Positions 49,099 through 62,226 of a stretch of DNA of 64,000 nucleotides are shown here, in pieces (positions within the stretch are counted from its first letter, which is position 1; each line of letters starts with the position of its first letter). The stretch is taken from positions 132,124,001 to 132,188,000 of the forward strand of contig CM059431.1 in the NCBI GenBank assembly GCA_030390025.1. The letters are read 5' to 3'. The translations under genes and the position numbers were made by a program. The notes below the pieces were generated by a model that did not search any database, had not been told where the DNA came from, and saw only the letters and a list, made by a program, of their open reading frames with translations. This DNA is from Squalus acanthias (lineage: Eukaryota).

Positions 49099-51090
49099 GA
49101 TTCCATTGAGAAATAAAAACTCAACGGGAAAAGTGATCCATCCGTGGCTAACTAAAGAAGTTAAGGATAGTATTATATTCAAAGAAGAGGCTGATAATGT
49201 TGCAAAGAATAGTAGTAAGCCTGAGGAGTGGGAGAGCTTTAGAAACCAGCAAAGGATGACCAAAAAATTTGATAAAAAGGGAGAAAATAGAATATGAGAG
49301 TAAATGAGCAAGAAACATAAAAAAAGATTGTAAGAGCTTCTACAAGTATGGAAAAAGGAACAGAGTAGCAAATATAAACATTGGTCCCTTAGAGGCTGAG
49401 ACAGGAGAAATTATAATGGGGAATAAGGAAATGGCAGAGACTTTAAACAGATATTTTGTATCTGTCTTCACAGTAGTGGGGAACCAAGGGGCTAATGAGA
49501 GTGACGAATTTAAAGTAATTAATATCAGTAGAGAAAAAATACTTGAGAAACTAATGGGACTAAAAGCCAACAAACCCCTTGGACCTGATGGCCTATATCC
49601 TAGGATTCTAAAAGAGGTGGCTGCAGAGATAGTGGATGCATTGGTTGTGATCTTCCAAAATTCCCTAGATTCTGGAACGGTCCCAGTGAATTGGAAGGTA
49701 GCAAATGTAACCCCGCTATTCAAGAAAGGGGGAGAGAGAAAGTGGGGAACTATAGGCCAGTTAGCCTGAGATCAATCGTCGGGGAAATGCTGGAATCCAT
49801 TATTAAGGAAGTGGTAACAGGGCACTTAGAAAATCTTAATATTATTAGGCAGAGTCAACATGGTTTTATGAAAGAGAAATCATGTTTAACAAATTTATTA
49901 GAGTTTTTTGAAGATTTGTCTGGCAGGGTAGATAAAGAGGAACCAGTGGATGTGGTATATTTGGATTTCCAAAAGGCATTCAATAAGGTGCCACATAAAA
50001 GATTGCTATGCAGGAAAAGGGCTCATGGGGCTGGGGGTAATATATTAGCATGGATAGAGGATTGGTTAACAGACAGAAAACAGAAAGTAGGGATAAATGG
50101 GTCATTTTCTGGTTGGCAGGCTCTAACTAGTGGAGTGCCACAAGGATCAGTGCTTGGGCCTTAGCTATTTACAATCTATGTTAATGACTTAGATGAAGGA
50201 ACCAAGTGCAATGTATCCAAGTTTGCTGATGATACAAAGCTAGGTAGGACAGTAAGCTGTGAGGAGGACACAGAGCCTGCAAAAGGATATAGACAGATTA
50301 AGTGAGTGGGCAATAAGGTGGCAGATGGAGTATAATGTGGGGAAATGTGAGGTTATTCACTTTGGTAGGATGAATCGAAAACCCAAATATTTTTTAAATG
50401 GTGAGAAATTATTAAATGTTGGTGTTCAGAGAGATTTATGTGTCCTCGTACAGGAAGCACAGGGAGTTAGCATGCAGGTACAGCAAGCAATTAGAAAGGC
50501 AAATGGCATGTTGGCCTTTATTGCAAGGGGGTTGGAGTACAAGAGTAAGGATGTCTTGCTACAATTGTACAGGGCTTTGGTGAGACCACACCTGGAGTAC
50601 TGTGCAGTTTTGGTCTCCTTATATGAGGAAGGATGCACTTACCTTAGAGGAGGTGCAACGAACGTTTACTAGGTTGATTCCTTGGATGAGAGAGTTGTCC
50701 GATGAGGAGAGATTGAGTAGATTGTGCCTATACTCTCTGGAGTTTAGAAGAATGAGAGGTGAGCTCATTGAAACATATAGGATTCTGAGGGGGATTGACA
50801 GGGTAGATGCTGAGAGGTTGTTTCCCCTGGCTGGAGAGTCTAGAACTAGGGGGCATAGTCTCAGGATAAGGGGTCGGCCATTTAAGACTGAGATGAGGAG
50901 AAATTTCTTCACTCAGAGGGTTGTGAATCTTTGGAATTCTCTACCACAAAGGGCTGTGGATGCTGAATCGTTGAGTATATTCAAGGCTGAGATAGGTAGA
51001 TTTTTGGACTCTAGGGGAATCAAGGGATATGAGGATCGGGCGGGAACGTGGAGTTGAGATTGAAGATCGGCCTTCAATGGCAGAGCAGGC
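49099..51090 (+). mobile_element. CR1 LINE (same subfamily as 36885-39700), tail lost
   Basis: ORF2 pieces 49097-51057 with RT motifs. Confidence 0.92.
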
Positions 51091-52032
51091 TCTTTATTTT
51101 CAACACTTTCCGGTCTTGAACAGATTTGTGTGCACCTTTGGAAGTGGCTTAGTGAGTTGCAGTGAATGGTGAGACATAACGGTACCCCCGCAATGGTGAT
51201 GAGTGTGAAAGGAATGGTTTGGACTTTGTAGGGATGCTTTATGATGTTGGTGTGGGGTGGTGCCAACCTGGCGCATCATGTCACAGCCATATGGGTGTAC
51301 AGCAAAATCTAACTAACTGGCCATGATGAGGCCATCCCTGGCCTCCTGGGCAGCAATGTGCTCAGGTGCTGATGCCCTCTGTCCTGTGCAGCATCAAGTG
51401 ATTGCGGAGAAGGTTGGTGTTGTTGTTGGTGCTGCTGGTGTGCCTGGTGCTGCTGGTGTTGGGGCTCATCGTGGTACAATTCTGAGGACCAAGATGAGAT
51501 AAACGGCACCCATGTTGCTGAATAGATGGCAGGTGAAGTACAGATGACAGAAATAATGGTGAGAGAGTTGTTCCATTAAGGCGACTTTGCTGGAAAGACT
51601 TGCAGCCTGCAGAATCTGTGCTGGAAATGGACTGAGCAACAGCTTCTGAGTGAGGAAAGTGATCATCTGTCAGGTGGGAGTTTTTGCTGTACATTTGATG
51701 CTGTCAAGTAATCAGCTGGAGCAATGGCCACAGAGCTCCCGCCTCAGGTTGACAGATATCGTTCCTGAGCTGCGTGAATCCCGTGGCCATGCAGGGAAAT
51801 TTAAAAAGTAAGTGAAAAAAGGCTCTTAATTGCCTGTAAACTACCTGATCATGATTTCAATTGGGTCTCATGCCACTGCCGGTCGGGTCGATTCCACGAT
51901 GACAGACGCGCCTGGGGAAAAGATACGTGCGGGTGGGATGACAACGGGTTCCCGACCCGCTGTCAAAAATAAAAACTTTCCCACCTGACCCGCCACCGAT
52001 CACACCTGCGACCACCCCAGAAAATTTTGGCC
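51091..52032 (+). mobile_element. Right half of a Harbinger derivative (close to 30275-31232)
   Basis: Colinear with the 29480 element; right end ccagaaaattttggcc. Confidence 0.85.
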
Positions 52033-53467
52033 ATTGCCTTCAAAATAACTTAATTGGCTGTGAAGCGCATTGGGACATCTGAGGGTGTGAAAGCTGCAAG
52101 GTATTTTCTTGTATCATCCAGACTTAAAGAATTTCTGTCCCAATCCAAATTATTTGGCTTGATTAATTTAACAGATAGAAACATCACTGAGACCGAATAA
52201 ATCCCTTTCAGCCTAATGGTCTTCAAAGCAAATTTAAGTCTCTTGTAAGCTATATCCCACAAATCAATGTATAATTGTACCTTTCCCTACATTAACATTA
52301 ATTAGCAAATTCTTCTGCTAGCTTTCTCGTGGGATATAGTCTGTCAAGGTTGGGTTGGTAAGGGAATTCAATTAATTTATCAGCAAATTGGATTTTTCAT
52401 TAAGTGTCCGTCGTATCTGTGTAGGTCTTCTACTGGAATCCTCAAGTGTCGAGCTACTTAATATGTAGCTTCATGAAATACCAGTTTTATATAAGAACAG
52501 CTTTTTGACTTTACAAGAGGTTCGCTAACAAGGTCACCATTCCTAATGGACAAGCAAGTGCTTTTATTGACAAATACTGTCACAGACCTTCCAGCCCACA
52601 TTTATTTCGTATCTCTGGCCTAGTGAATTATAACATTGCACTTTCTTCATCACCTGTGAGAGGACATTTTTCCTTCTTTCTGTTGTAGGTTGAAAACGTT
52701 GTTCCTTTTACCTTGATTATGGGCACCAGATGGTTAGGCCCACTCTTCAAAGATCTTTTGTTTTCAATCAATACAATTGTCTATGTAAAAAAATTGTTTT
52801 ATATCAATTTAATTAGATTTTTTATTAAATTAAATTAGATTTTGCAAAGTAAAAATCCAGTAATATATGTAATAACTAATTTCTTTTTGCCCAATGTCAT
52901 AGTGTGTCAATATTGTGGAAAATTCCTGACTGCAACAATCTCTACTTTCATCCTGCATATCCCATCACCACTGAAAATGGCAGCACTTGTGTGATAACCA
53001 GAGTGCTCCCCTAGTTGAAAATAATTTCTTTTTACTTCTAATTGGCAGATTATTAGTGGTTATTTAGTCATTCCAATACCAGGACCAGCTCAAGTGGACT
53101 GCTTCCTGAATGACAGAACAGATGCAAATTTTGAGAGCTGTAAGATACTCAAAGTGGATTCATGAAGTCATTGCTCTTGCTAATATGTTAACTACCATAT
53201 TATCTGGAAAGATATAAAGCAGAAGCTTTGTGGGTTTTCTTTAGGAGTGTAAATTATCAGCTTTTTTACACATGTGAAATTAACCCATTAATAAATGTCT
53301 ACATGTTTCATTTTATTTATTAACATTGGCCTGGGTTTTGCAGTAAAAATAATGGTGAGGCTATCAGTGCTGACCGTTATTAAAGGGCAGTGTGTATTTG
53401 CAACACGAAAGTTCTGATTGGTCCCCTTGGATGATAAGACACACCCAGCAGTTTGTCTGGAATGTAT

Positions 53468-53570
53468 ACATAAGAACATAAGAAATAGGAGTAGGCCATT
53501 CGGACCTTCGAGCCTGCTCCGCCATTAAATAAGATCATGGCTGATCGCTACTCTGCTCTACATCCTTGAT
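53468..53570 (-). mobile_element. CR1-type 3' tail fragment
   Basis: cataagaacataagaaataggagtaggccattcggaccttcgagcctgctccgcc. Confidence 0.8.
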
Positions 53571-53579
53571 ATTTCTCTT

Positions 53580-54600
53580 ACTGCTTTTGAATTTACCCTT
53601 TCCTGAATCCTCCCAACCCCCCTTTATTAGTTTAAAGCCCCATCTACCACCCTAGTTATTCGATTCGCCAGGACACTGGCCCCAACCCAGTTTAAGTGGA
53701 GCCTGTCCCAACAGAACAGCGCCCTCTTTCCCCAGTACTGATGCCAGTTTCCCATGAAGTGAAACCCCTTCCTCCCACACCACACTTTGAGCCAGGCATT
53801 TAACTCTCTGATCTGTCTGTCCCGATGCCAATTTGCACGTGGCTCAGGTAACAATCCAGAGATTATTACCTTTAAGGTCCTGCGTTTTAATTTGGACCCT
53901 AGTTGCTCAAACTCCCTCAGCAGAACCTCATTCCTAGCTCTACCTATGTCGTTGGTTCCTACGTGGACCATGACCACTGGATCTTCCCCCTCTCACTCCA
54001 AGTTCTTCTCCAGCCACGACGAGATATCCTTAACCCTGGCACTGGGCAGGCAACACAACCTTCGGAATTCCCGGTCGCGGCTGCAGAGAACAGTATACTG
54101 TCCCCTACCACAACTACATTCCTTTTCATTCCCCACACTTGAATGACCTCCTGCACCATGGTGCCATGGTCAGTTTGCTCATCCACCCTGCAGTCCTTGT
54201 TCTCATCCATACAGGTAGCAAGTACCTCATACCTGTTGGTCAAAGACAAGGGCTGAGGCTGCTCCATCACTACATCCTGGGTCCCCATACCTTCCTGACT
54301 CACAGTCACACCCTCCTGTCCCTGACCATTGACTAACTCTAAAGTACTACTTAACCTAAAGGGTGTGACTACCTCCTGCCAGCCCTGGGGAGGTGGGTAT
54401 GGAGGCGGGACTGCCGGGAAAATGGCAGAATTTGGGGGCCGGTGCCCAACCCGCCCCCAATCCGCCTCCATGCCATCTTGCCAGGAGACATTGACCCGTC
54501 AAGCAGCAGTCCCACCTCCAACGCGCCCCCATTAACAAAATCGCCCCCAAAGTGTCCAGGTAACTCTCCCCCTCCCTGATGCATCGCAGTGTCTGCATCC
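53580..54600 (-). pseudogene. CR1 ORF1 fragment with SGNH/GDSL esterase domain
   Basis: 'VVVVGDSI', 'VHVGTNDI', 'IISGLLP', 'WDRLHLN'; upstream 'LSLTNRYEVLA'. Confidence 0.88.
54376..54548. mobile_element. Internally deleted remnant of the 13240-type MITE
   Basis: Joins sequence matching 13251-13349 to sequence matching 13960-14022; left TIR missing. Confidence 0.85.
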
Positions 54601-54829
54601 TTTACCTACTGTTATCTTTAGCAAAAGGACTCGCTATCCCTGCTTTATTACCCCACACTTACTTCCTTACACAAGCACGTTACATATCAGAAGACAAGCC
54701 ATGCTTTCTCCTCACCACACTTCAATGTCATCCTGTTTAACAAAGAAGTTCGACTATTAAATGTTTAACTCCCCAAGATGTCCAACATACATCTCTCCAG
54801 GATGTCTAACAAGCTCCTGACCTCCTCTC

Positions 54830-55430
54830 CCCACCTCCGTCCGCTCTCCCCCCGCCCCACCCCCTTCGATTCCCTCTCCTCTCTCTCCCCCCCTCTGATC
54901 TGCTCTCCTCTACCCTTCAATCCCCTCTCTTTTCTCTCCCTCCTCTGATCCGCTCTCCTCCCCCTACGATCCCCTCTCCTCTCTCTCCCCCTTCGATCCC
55001 CTCTCCTCTCTCACCCCCTTCGATCCTCCCTCCCCCCCTTCGATCCTCTCTCTCCCCCTTTTGATCTCCTCTCTTCCCCACTTGATCTCTCTCCCCCCGA
55101 TCTGCTCTCCAACCTCCGCTTTGATCCCCTCTCCTCTCTCTCCCTTCAATCCTCGCTCTCTCCCCTTCAATCCTCTCTCTCTCCCCTTCGATCCACTCTC
55201 TCCCCCCTCGATCCTCTCTCCCCCCTCGATCCTCTCTCTCCCCCCTTCGATCTCCTCTCTCCCCACCTTCGATTCTCTCTCTTCCCTTCGATCCTCTCTC
55301 TCCTCTCTTCGATCCTCTCTCTCCCCTTCGATCCTCTCTCTTCCCCCTTCGATCCTCTCTCTCCCCTTAATCCTCTTTCCCCCACTTCGATCCTCTCTCT
55401 TCACCCTTCGATCCTCTCTCTCCCCCCTTT
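54830..55430 (+). repeat. Pyrimidine-rich minisatellite, unit ~CCCCTTCGATCCTCTCTCT
   Basis: About 30 degenerate ~20-bp units, each centred on (C)GATC. Confidence 0.9.
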
Positions 55431-56477
55431 CCCCGGCCACCAACAGATCCCCTGATCTTCTCCGCACGGAGCCGAGTAAAGCGTGGCAGTGCAGGCTGCA
55501 GCCGCCGCACCGTTGGGTACTATGCATGCACAACCGGATTGAGTGCGCATGCACAGTACCAAACGGGCACGCATGTGCAGAGAGAGTCAAAAATGCAAAT
55601 AATCACTCCCTTATTAAAGAGTAAATCGGACAGCAACTTCCGCCGACCGCACATGTGCAGTTAAACGTGGAAATCAGGAAGTTGCTGTCCAAGTTGCCCT
55701 GCTCCTCTGGAAGCTTCGTTACACAGGACCTAGTCGAGACGCTCAGCATTCAATCACATGGAAGGACGTGAAGTTGTGGTACTTACATGATAGATACCCA
55801 CGAAACACACCAGAAAAAGTTAGGGCTTGTCCATTCCAGTGCAAGTAAATTTTTAATGGTGTGATAAGTCTTAATTACTGCCAAACAACCTTTCTGGCAC
55901 TTTTTCAAGTGTGGAAATTCATTCCTTCGAATTTTAATTATAGTTGGAGATTTCAAACAATACATTTTTTAAAATATTTTTTAAAAACTTTTTTTCTCTC
56001 TCTTTTATCTCTCTCTCTCTTAATCCCATCTTTATTTCCCTTTCTTTATGTTGCTTTCTGTATTTAATTTAGCATTGAATTAAATATTCTAACTTACACT
56101 TTGTGGTTCAGACGCTGCATGTCTCATTTAGTATTTTTCAATCTGATTGGTTAAGGAGACACACTTGCTTGTCCTGTTCATACAGGTCCCAAATCCCCTG
56201 TAGAGGGCACCATGCTGTTACGGCTGTCTAATCACAGCGCCATGCTGTTACGGCTCTCTAATTACGGCTCTCCACCTTCATCTAATCCATTGCAAAAACC
56301 CACAGAATGTATGTGGGCAAGTGTAATGCCGTTTGTTCACCACTGACAGTAAAATCCGGGCCATTGTGTTGTTCTATATCATCTGAAAAAATAGATGGCT
56401 AGAAAGTTTTAAATAATTAGAACATTTTATTAGACACGTAATACCAGAACTACTGATGGTTCTCAGGCAGATCAGGT

Positions 56478-56596
56478 TTTTTTCATTCACAGGATGTGAG
56501 AAAGGGCAGCATTTATTGCCCATGCTTAGTTGCCCTGCTTGGTACAACTCAGTGGCTTGCTAGGCCACTTTGGAGGGCAATTAATAGTCAATCAGG
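56478..56596 (-). mobile_element. Short non-autonomous retroelement sharing both 5' and 3' sequence with LINE family B
   Basis: Reverse complement is a homolog of 10780-10830 joined directly to a homolog of the 3541-3605 tail. Confidence 0.65.
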
Positions 56597-57445
56597 TTGA
56601 CTGCCTCTTTGCACCAGCCCAGTTCCTGGTGCCCAGGCCCAGCAGTGAGTGCCCAATCAGCCAGCATAGGACCGAAGATGCATATGGCAGAAATACCTCC
56701 TTTAGTATATTACCTGGCAAATGCATCATTTGACCGCTGGATGCAGAGGATGCCTGTTAGGCCCCTCATCCAGTTTGCAAAGCTGGAGGGGAGCCCACAG
56801 AGTCACTGGATAAAGGCATTGCCTTTATCCAGGAAAGAAAGCAATTTTTTTGGAATGTTGCCAGTTTACGGGCAGCTCAGAGGCTGTGGCAGACCTCCAA
56901 TGCCTACCGCACCAAAACTCCACCCCCATTTCAGCCAAACTCTGGTGTAGGCCAAGGAGCCTACCTCCCATATTTAAGTGACCCTGAGGCCAAAGGTTTG
57001 GCCAAGGTCAGGGATGTATCCCTGTGACAGGTGGAAGTCCTGCATGGATGGAGATGCACCCTAAGCAAAGAGGACAGGAACGTGTAGGCTGCAGTGACAA
57101 TCAGTCAGGCGTTAGGATGGTTGGTGTCGGAAAGTGAAAAAGTACCACACTGGAGCAGTAAGAGGTGCTCTTTTGAGGTCACGATTGTAGCATTTCGTGT
57201 GGGCCGAGTGGAGGGAGCTGTGCTCTGCATTTGGCTCTGGGAAGCTAACCTGGAAGTGCTTGATGCTGACAGTGTGTACCTGAATTGGAAAATATTTCAT
57301 TTTCCAGCACTGAGATTATTCATCTTGATGAGCCCCCCAAAAAATTAAAAATCAATTTGTGATTCACTGGGAGTTTCTATTATTTAGGGTAATTTCCCCC
57401 TTTCCTCTTTCTCATTGTCTTCTTATGTCATGAAGCATTTGAATG

Positions 57446-60400
57446 GGACCAGAGTTCTAGCGAATTGAATAACTAGGGAGGTAGATAGGGCTTTAAACTA
57501 AATAAGGGGGGGAGGGTCCCGGTGGAGAGAAATCTAGAATGCTAAAGAGAAAGGACAAGGAAGCAGTGCAGGAAAGTGATTGGGGTAAGGATAACCAGAT
57601 TGTGTCAGGAAGGGACAGAGCGTACAAACAAAGGAGTGCACTAACAAATAGGGTCCGGGTAAGAAAAAATGGTAATAAGACAAATAGGGCCATAGTACAA
57701 AAAAATGTTAAGATGTCTAAAAATGTTAAATAGACAAATCTAAAGGCACTGTATCTGAATGCACAAAGCATTCGTAATAAGGTAGACAAAAAAACAGCAC
57801 AAATAGATGTAAACGGATATGATATCATTGCGATTACGGAGACATGGGTGCAGGGTGACCAAGGCTGGGATCTGAATATCCAAGGATGTTCGATATTTAG
57901 GAAGGACAGGTGAAAAGGAAAAGGAGGTGGGGTGGCCTTGTTTAGTAAAGGATGAAATCAGAGCAATAGTGAGAAAGGATATTGGCTCAGAAAATCAAGA
58001 TGTAGAATCAGTCTGGGTGGAGCTAAGAAGCACCAAGGGGCAGAAAACATTGGTGGGAGTTGTCTATAGCCCTCCAAACAGTAGTGGTAATGTAGGGGAT
58101 GGCATCAAACAGGAAATTAGAGATGCATGTAACAAGGGTACTACAGTAATCATGGGTGACTTTAATCTACATATAGACTGGCCACACCAAATTAGCAATA
58201 ATACTGTGGAGGATGAATTCCTGGAGTGTGTACGAGATGGTTTTTTAGACCAGTACGTTGAGCCAACTAGGGAACAGGCTATCCTAGATTGGGTATTGTG
58301 CAACGAGAAGGGGTTAATTAATAATCTTGTTGTACGGGGTCCTTTAGGGAAGAGTGACCATAACATGATAGAATTCTTCATTAAAATGGAAAGTGAAGAA
58401 GTCCAATCCGAAACTAGGGTCCTAAATCTAAACAAAGGAAACTACGATGGTATGAGGAGTGAGTTGGCTATGATAGATTGAGGAGCTTCATTAAAAGGCA
58501 TGACGGTGGATAGGCAATGGCTAACATTTAAGGAACGAATGCATGAATTGCAACAGTTATACATCCTGGCACAAAGACACAAAAGGAAAAGCGGCCCAAC
58601 CATGGCTAACAAAATAAATTAAAGATAGTATTAGATCCAAAGAGGAGTCATATAAAGTTGCCAGAAAAAGTAGCAAGCCTGAGGATTTGGAGCAGTTTAG
58701 AGTTCAGCAAAAAAGGACCAAGAGATTAATTAAGAGGGGAAAAATAGAGTATGAGAGTAAACTTGCAAGGAACATAAAAGCGGATTGTAAAAGCTTCTAC
58801 AAGTATGTAAAAAGAAAAAGATTAGTGAAGACAAATGTAGGTCCTCTACAGTCAGAAACGGGAGAATTTATAATGGGAACAAGGAAATGGCAGAGCAATT
58901 AAACAAATACTTTGGTTCTGTCTTCACAGAAGAGGACACAAATAACTTCCTAGAAATGCTAGGGAACCAAGGGTCTAGTGAGAAGGAGGAATTAAAGGAA
59001 ATTAGTATTAGTAAAAAAATAGTGCTGGAGAAATTAATGGGACTGAAAGCCGATAAATCCCCAGGGCCTGATAATCCGCATCCCAGAGTACTAAAAGAGG
59101 TAGCCATGGAAATAGTGGATGCATTGGTTGTCATCTTCCAAAAGTCTATAGATTATGGAACAGTTCCTGCAGATTGGAGGGTGGCAAATATAACCACACT
59201 ATTTAAAAAAGGAGGGAGAGAGAAAACAGGGAACTACAGACCGGATGTGATAACAGGACACTTAGAAAATATCAATCGGATTAGACAAAGTCAACATGGA
59301 TTTATGAAAGGGAAATCATGTTTGACAAATCTACTGGAGTTTTTTGAGGATGTAACTGGTAGAATAGATAAGGGAGAACCAGTGGATGTGGTGTATTTGG
59401 ATTTTCAGAAGGCCTTTGATAAAGTCCCACATAAGAGGTTAGTGTGCAAAATTAAAGCACATGGGATTGGGGGTAATATACTGGCATGGATTGAAAATTG
59501 GTTAACAGACAAGAAACAGAGAGAGTACGAATAAATGGGTCTTTTTCCGGGTGGCAGGCGGTGACTAGTGGGGTACCGCAGGGATCAGTGCTTGGGCCCC
59601 AGCTATTCACAAAATATATCAATGATTTGGATGAGGGAACCAAATGTAATATTTCCAAGTTTGCTGACGACACGAAACTAGGTGTGATTGTGAGTTGTGA
59701 GGAGGATGCAAAGAGGCTTCAAGGTGATTTAGACAAGTTGAGTGAGTGGGCAAATACATGGCAGATGCAGTATAATGTGGATAAATGTGAAGTTATCCAC
59801 TTCGGTAGGAAAAACAAAAAGGCAGAGTATTATTTAAATGGTGATAGATTGGGAAATGTTGATGTACAAAGGGACCTGGGTGTCCTTGTACACCAGTCAC
59901 TGAAAGCAAACATGCAGGTGCAGCAAGCAGTTAAGAAGGCAAATGGTATGTTGGCCTTCATTGCAAGAGGATTTGAGTACAGGAGCAAGGTTGTCTTACT
60001 ACAGTTATACAGGGCCTTGGTGAGACCACACCTGGAGTACTGTGTGCAGTTTTGGTCTCCTTACCTAAGAAAGGATATATTTGCCATAGAGGGAGTGCAG
60101 CGAAGGTTCACCAGACTGATCCTGGGATGGCAGGACTGTCGTATGAGGAGAGATTGGGTCGACTAGGCCTGTATTCACTCGAGTTTAGAAGAATGAGAGG
60201 GGATCTCATTGAAATGTATAAAATTCTGACAGGGCTAGACAGACTGGATGCAGGGAAGATGTTTCCCCTGGCTGGGGGGTCTAGAACGAGGGGTCACAGT
60301 CTCAGGATACGGGGTAGGACATTTAGGACTGAGATGAGGAGAAATTTCTTCACTCAGAGGGTGGTGAACCTGTGGAATTCTCTACCACAGAAGGCTGTGG

Positions 60401-60590
60401 AGGCCAAGTCACTGAATATATTTAAGAAGGAGATAGATAGATTTCTAGACACAAAAGGCATCAAGGGGTATGGGGAGAGAGCAGGACTATGGTATTGAGA
60501 TAGAGGATCAGCCATGATCATATTGAATGGTGGAGCAGGCTCGAAGGGCCGAATGGCCTGCTCCTGCTCCTATTTTTCTATGTTTCTATG
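57446..60590 (+). mobile_element. CR1 LINE with the ORF1 end and almost complete, disrupted ORF2 (APE + RT)
   Basis: YLNAQSIRNK, ITETW, YSPPN, GDFN, LDWVL, SDHN, QHGF, GVPQGSVLGP, FADD; tail tttctatgtttctatg. Confidence 0.95.
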
Positions 60591-62226
60591 AATCTAAGCG
60601 TGTAGGCAGGCAACCTAATCCTATGCCTTCGCCAAGCTAGCCATGGGAATTTGCACATTGTACGCCTAGATTAATTATCTTCTCCGTATTCCCCCAGAAT
60701 TTTGGTCCCTCCATATGCAGAAGCATCTAGCCTTTGCTTTGCAACTCCTTTCCAATACCATATAAGGATAGAATCGAAGGCGCAGGCTTTAATCCTATCA
60801 TCTCATAGCACTGTGTGTTATTCAGTAGCATAATGGCAGTGGTACATCTGCTGTGATGTTTTTAATATTTTTGTGCTTGAATAATCATGGCATTTAGATC
60901 AAATCAAATTAAAGGAGAAAGGTTATTATTGTATTTTTCAAACTTATTGGAAAGTGGGTTTGAAAATAAAATTAAAAAGATCCCAATCAGTCTGGGAACA
61001 GACTAAAATCAGCTTTTCAAAGACTGTGTCATCCACAAAAATATCACAGCTAGAGGTGGGAAAGTACTTTAAATCCATACCTCTAGAGTCTCCTGCTCCC
61101 TTAAAGGTGCTTACTCCAACTGTTCAAGGCAAGTGTTGCTGCCAAATCTCTGCCGCTGCTGTGCCTGCTAATAGCAAACATGCTACTCTGTGATCTACTA
61201 GGGCCTCGAATCTTCTGATTGATTTTCATTGTCTAGTTCCTTGCTGTGGAGAACTAACTGCTTGTGAGGGCAGACCTGTCAACAGTGGGGAAATGCTCAG
61301 GGTGAAGCTTAGGTATAAAATCAAAAAGATTGAGACTGATTATGAACACATTTAAACAGATGGAGCTGTGTATACTTTTAGGAGTGAGATACTGTAAAAT
61401 AGGTTATGTTTTCAAATCAAAATGAGTGACTGTCACTCCAAATCAATGAGACTTGATGAGTGTGTGAGTGGCCAGCACCTTTCTTACAGCCTCTATACTG
61501 TATAGCAGTTAGTGATTCTGCGAAACAACAGGTAGCGAGGCGATTGCAGGGAATGTATCTTGGGAAACCATGGACACACAACCCTTGATTTTCCATCCTT
61601 TAATTTAATTAGGTGGGAAATCTTAGGTTGAGTGCCAGCGATTTCTTAAGATGTGTTTCCCGCCGGCGCTGGTCCCCACTGGGAGTGCCAGATCGTGGAA
61701 TCAACCCTATTATCTTGTCATTTTCTTTTATATGGAAAACCAAAGTGTGCTGGTACTGTCAGTGGGTCGCTTTGTATTTGAAATGATTTCGATATACAAC
61801 TTAAGCGAGCGGCAAAATGGTGTTCTGCCTCATTTACTCAAAATGAACCTTTTGTCCAATGATGTGAATGAAGCGACAGCATCAGTAGTGGAATTACTGT
61901 TGTACTTTTGCCTTCTCATTTCATACATATAATGGGTAGATAACTAGCTAAGTACCTCATACCTAACAAGTTACTTTGTTATAATTGCTGAATCCAGACC
62001 CCCAGAGCTAATTTCATGTTTTATAGATTCAATTTGTAAAGGTAGGGAACAATGAAGCATTAAATCACTGCATTGTGGCATTTCAGGCATGTGTTACCAA
62101 GAACAGTCGGTACTCTCATTTTTCAGTACAAAATAATTAATCATTTACTGCAAACCACATCGGAAGACCGATTTACACAGAAAGGTTTATTGTGTAGTTT
62201 GATGGGGGAAGGAAAGTTGAGACAAT

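Larger units (their letters stand above)
53328..56362 (+). mobile_element. Harbinger-like element with nested CR1 pieces and a minisatellite
   Basis: TIRs ggcctgggtttt / aaaatccgggcc; TSD ATT. Confidence 0.75.

Noticed and set aside
52689..52731. Possible host micro-exon (polypyrimidine-AG ... GTTAGG)
   Set aside because: Weak donor, no recognisable peptide and no supporting neighbouring exons.
54964..55624. Long ORFs of 208 aa (-) and 187 aa (+)
   Set aside because: They are low-complexity translations of the minisatellite.
56209..56270. ~29-bp tandem duplication (a similar small duplication lies at 26941-27003)
   Set aside because: Ordinary slippage-type duplication with no further structure.
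57446..60590. Retrotransposition-competent CR1
   Set aside because: Multiple stops and frameshifts, plus an in-frame deletion after NYRP (~59243).
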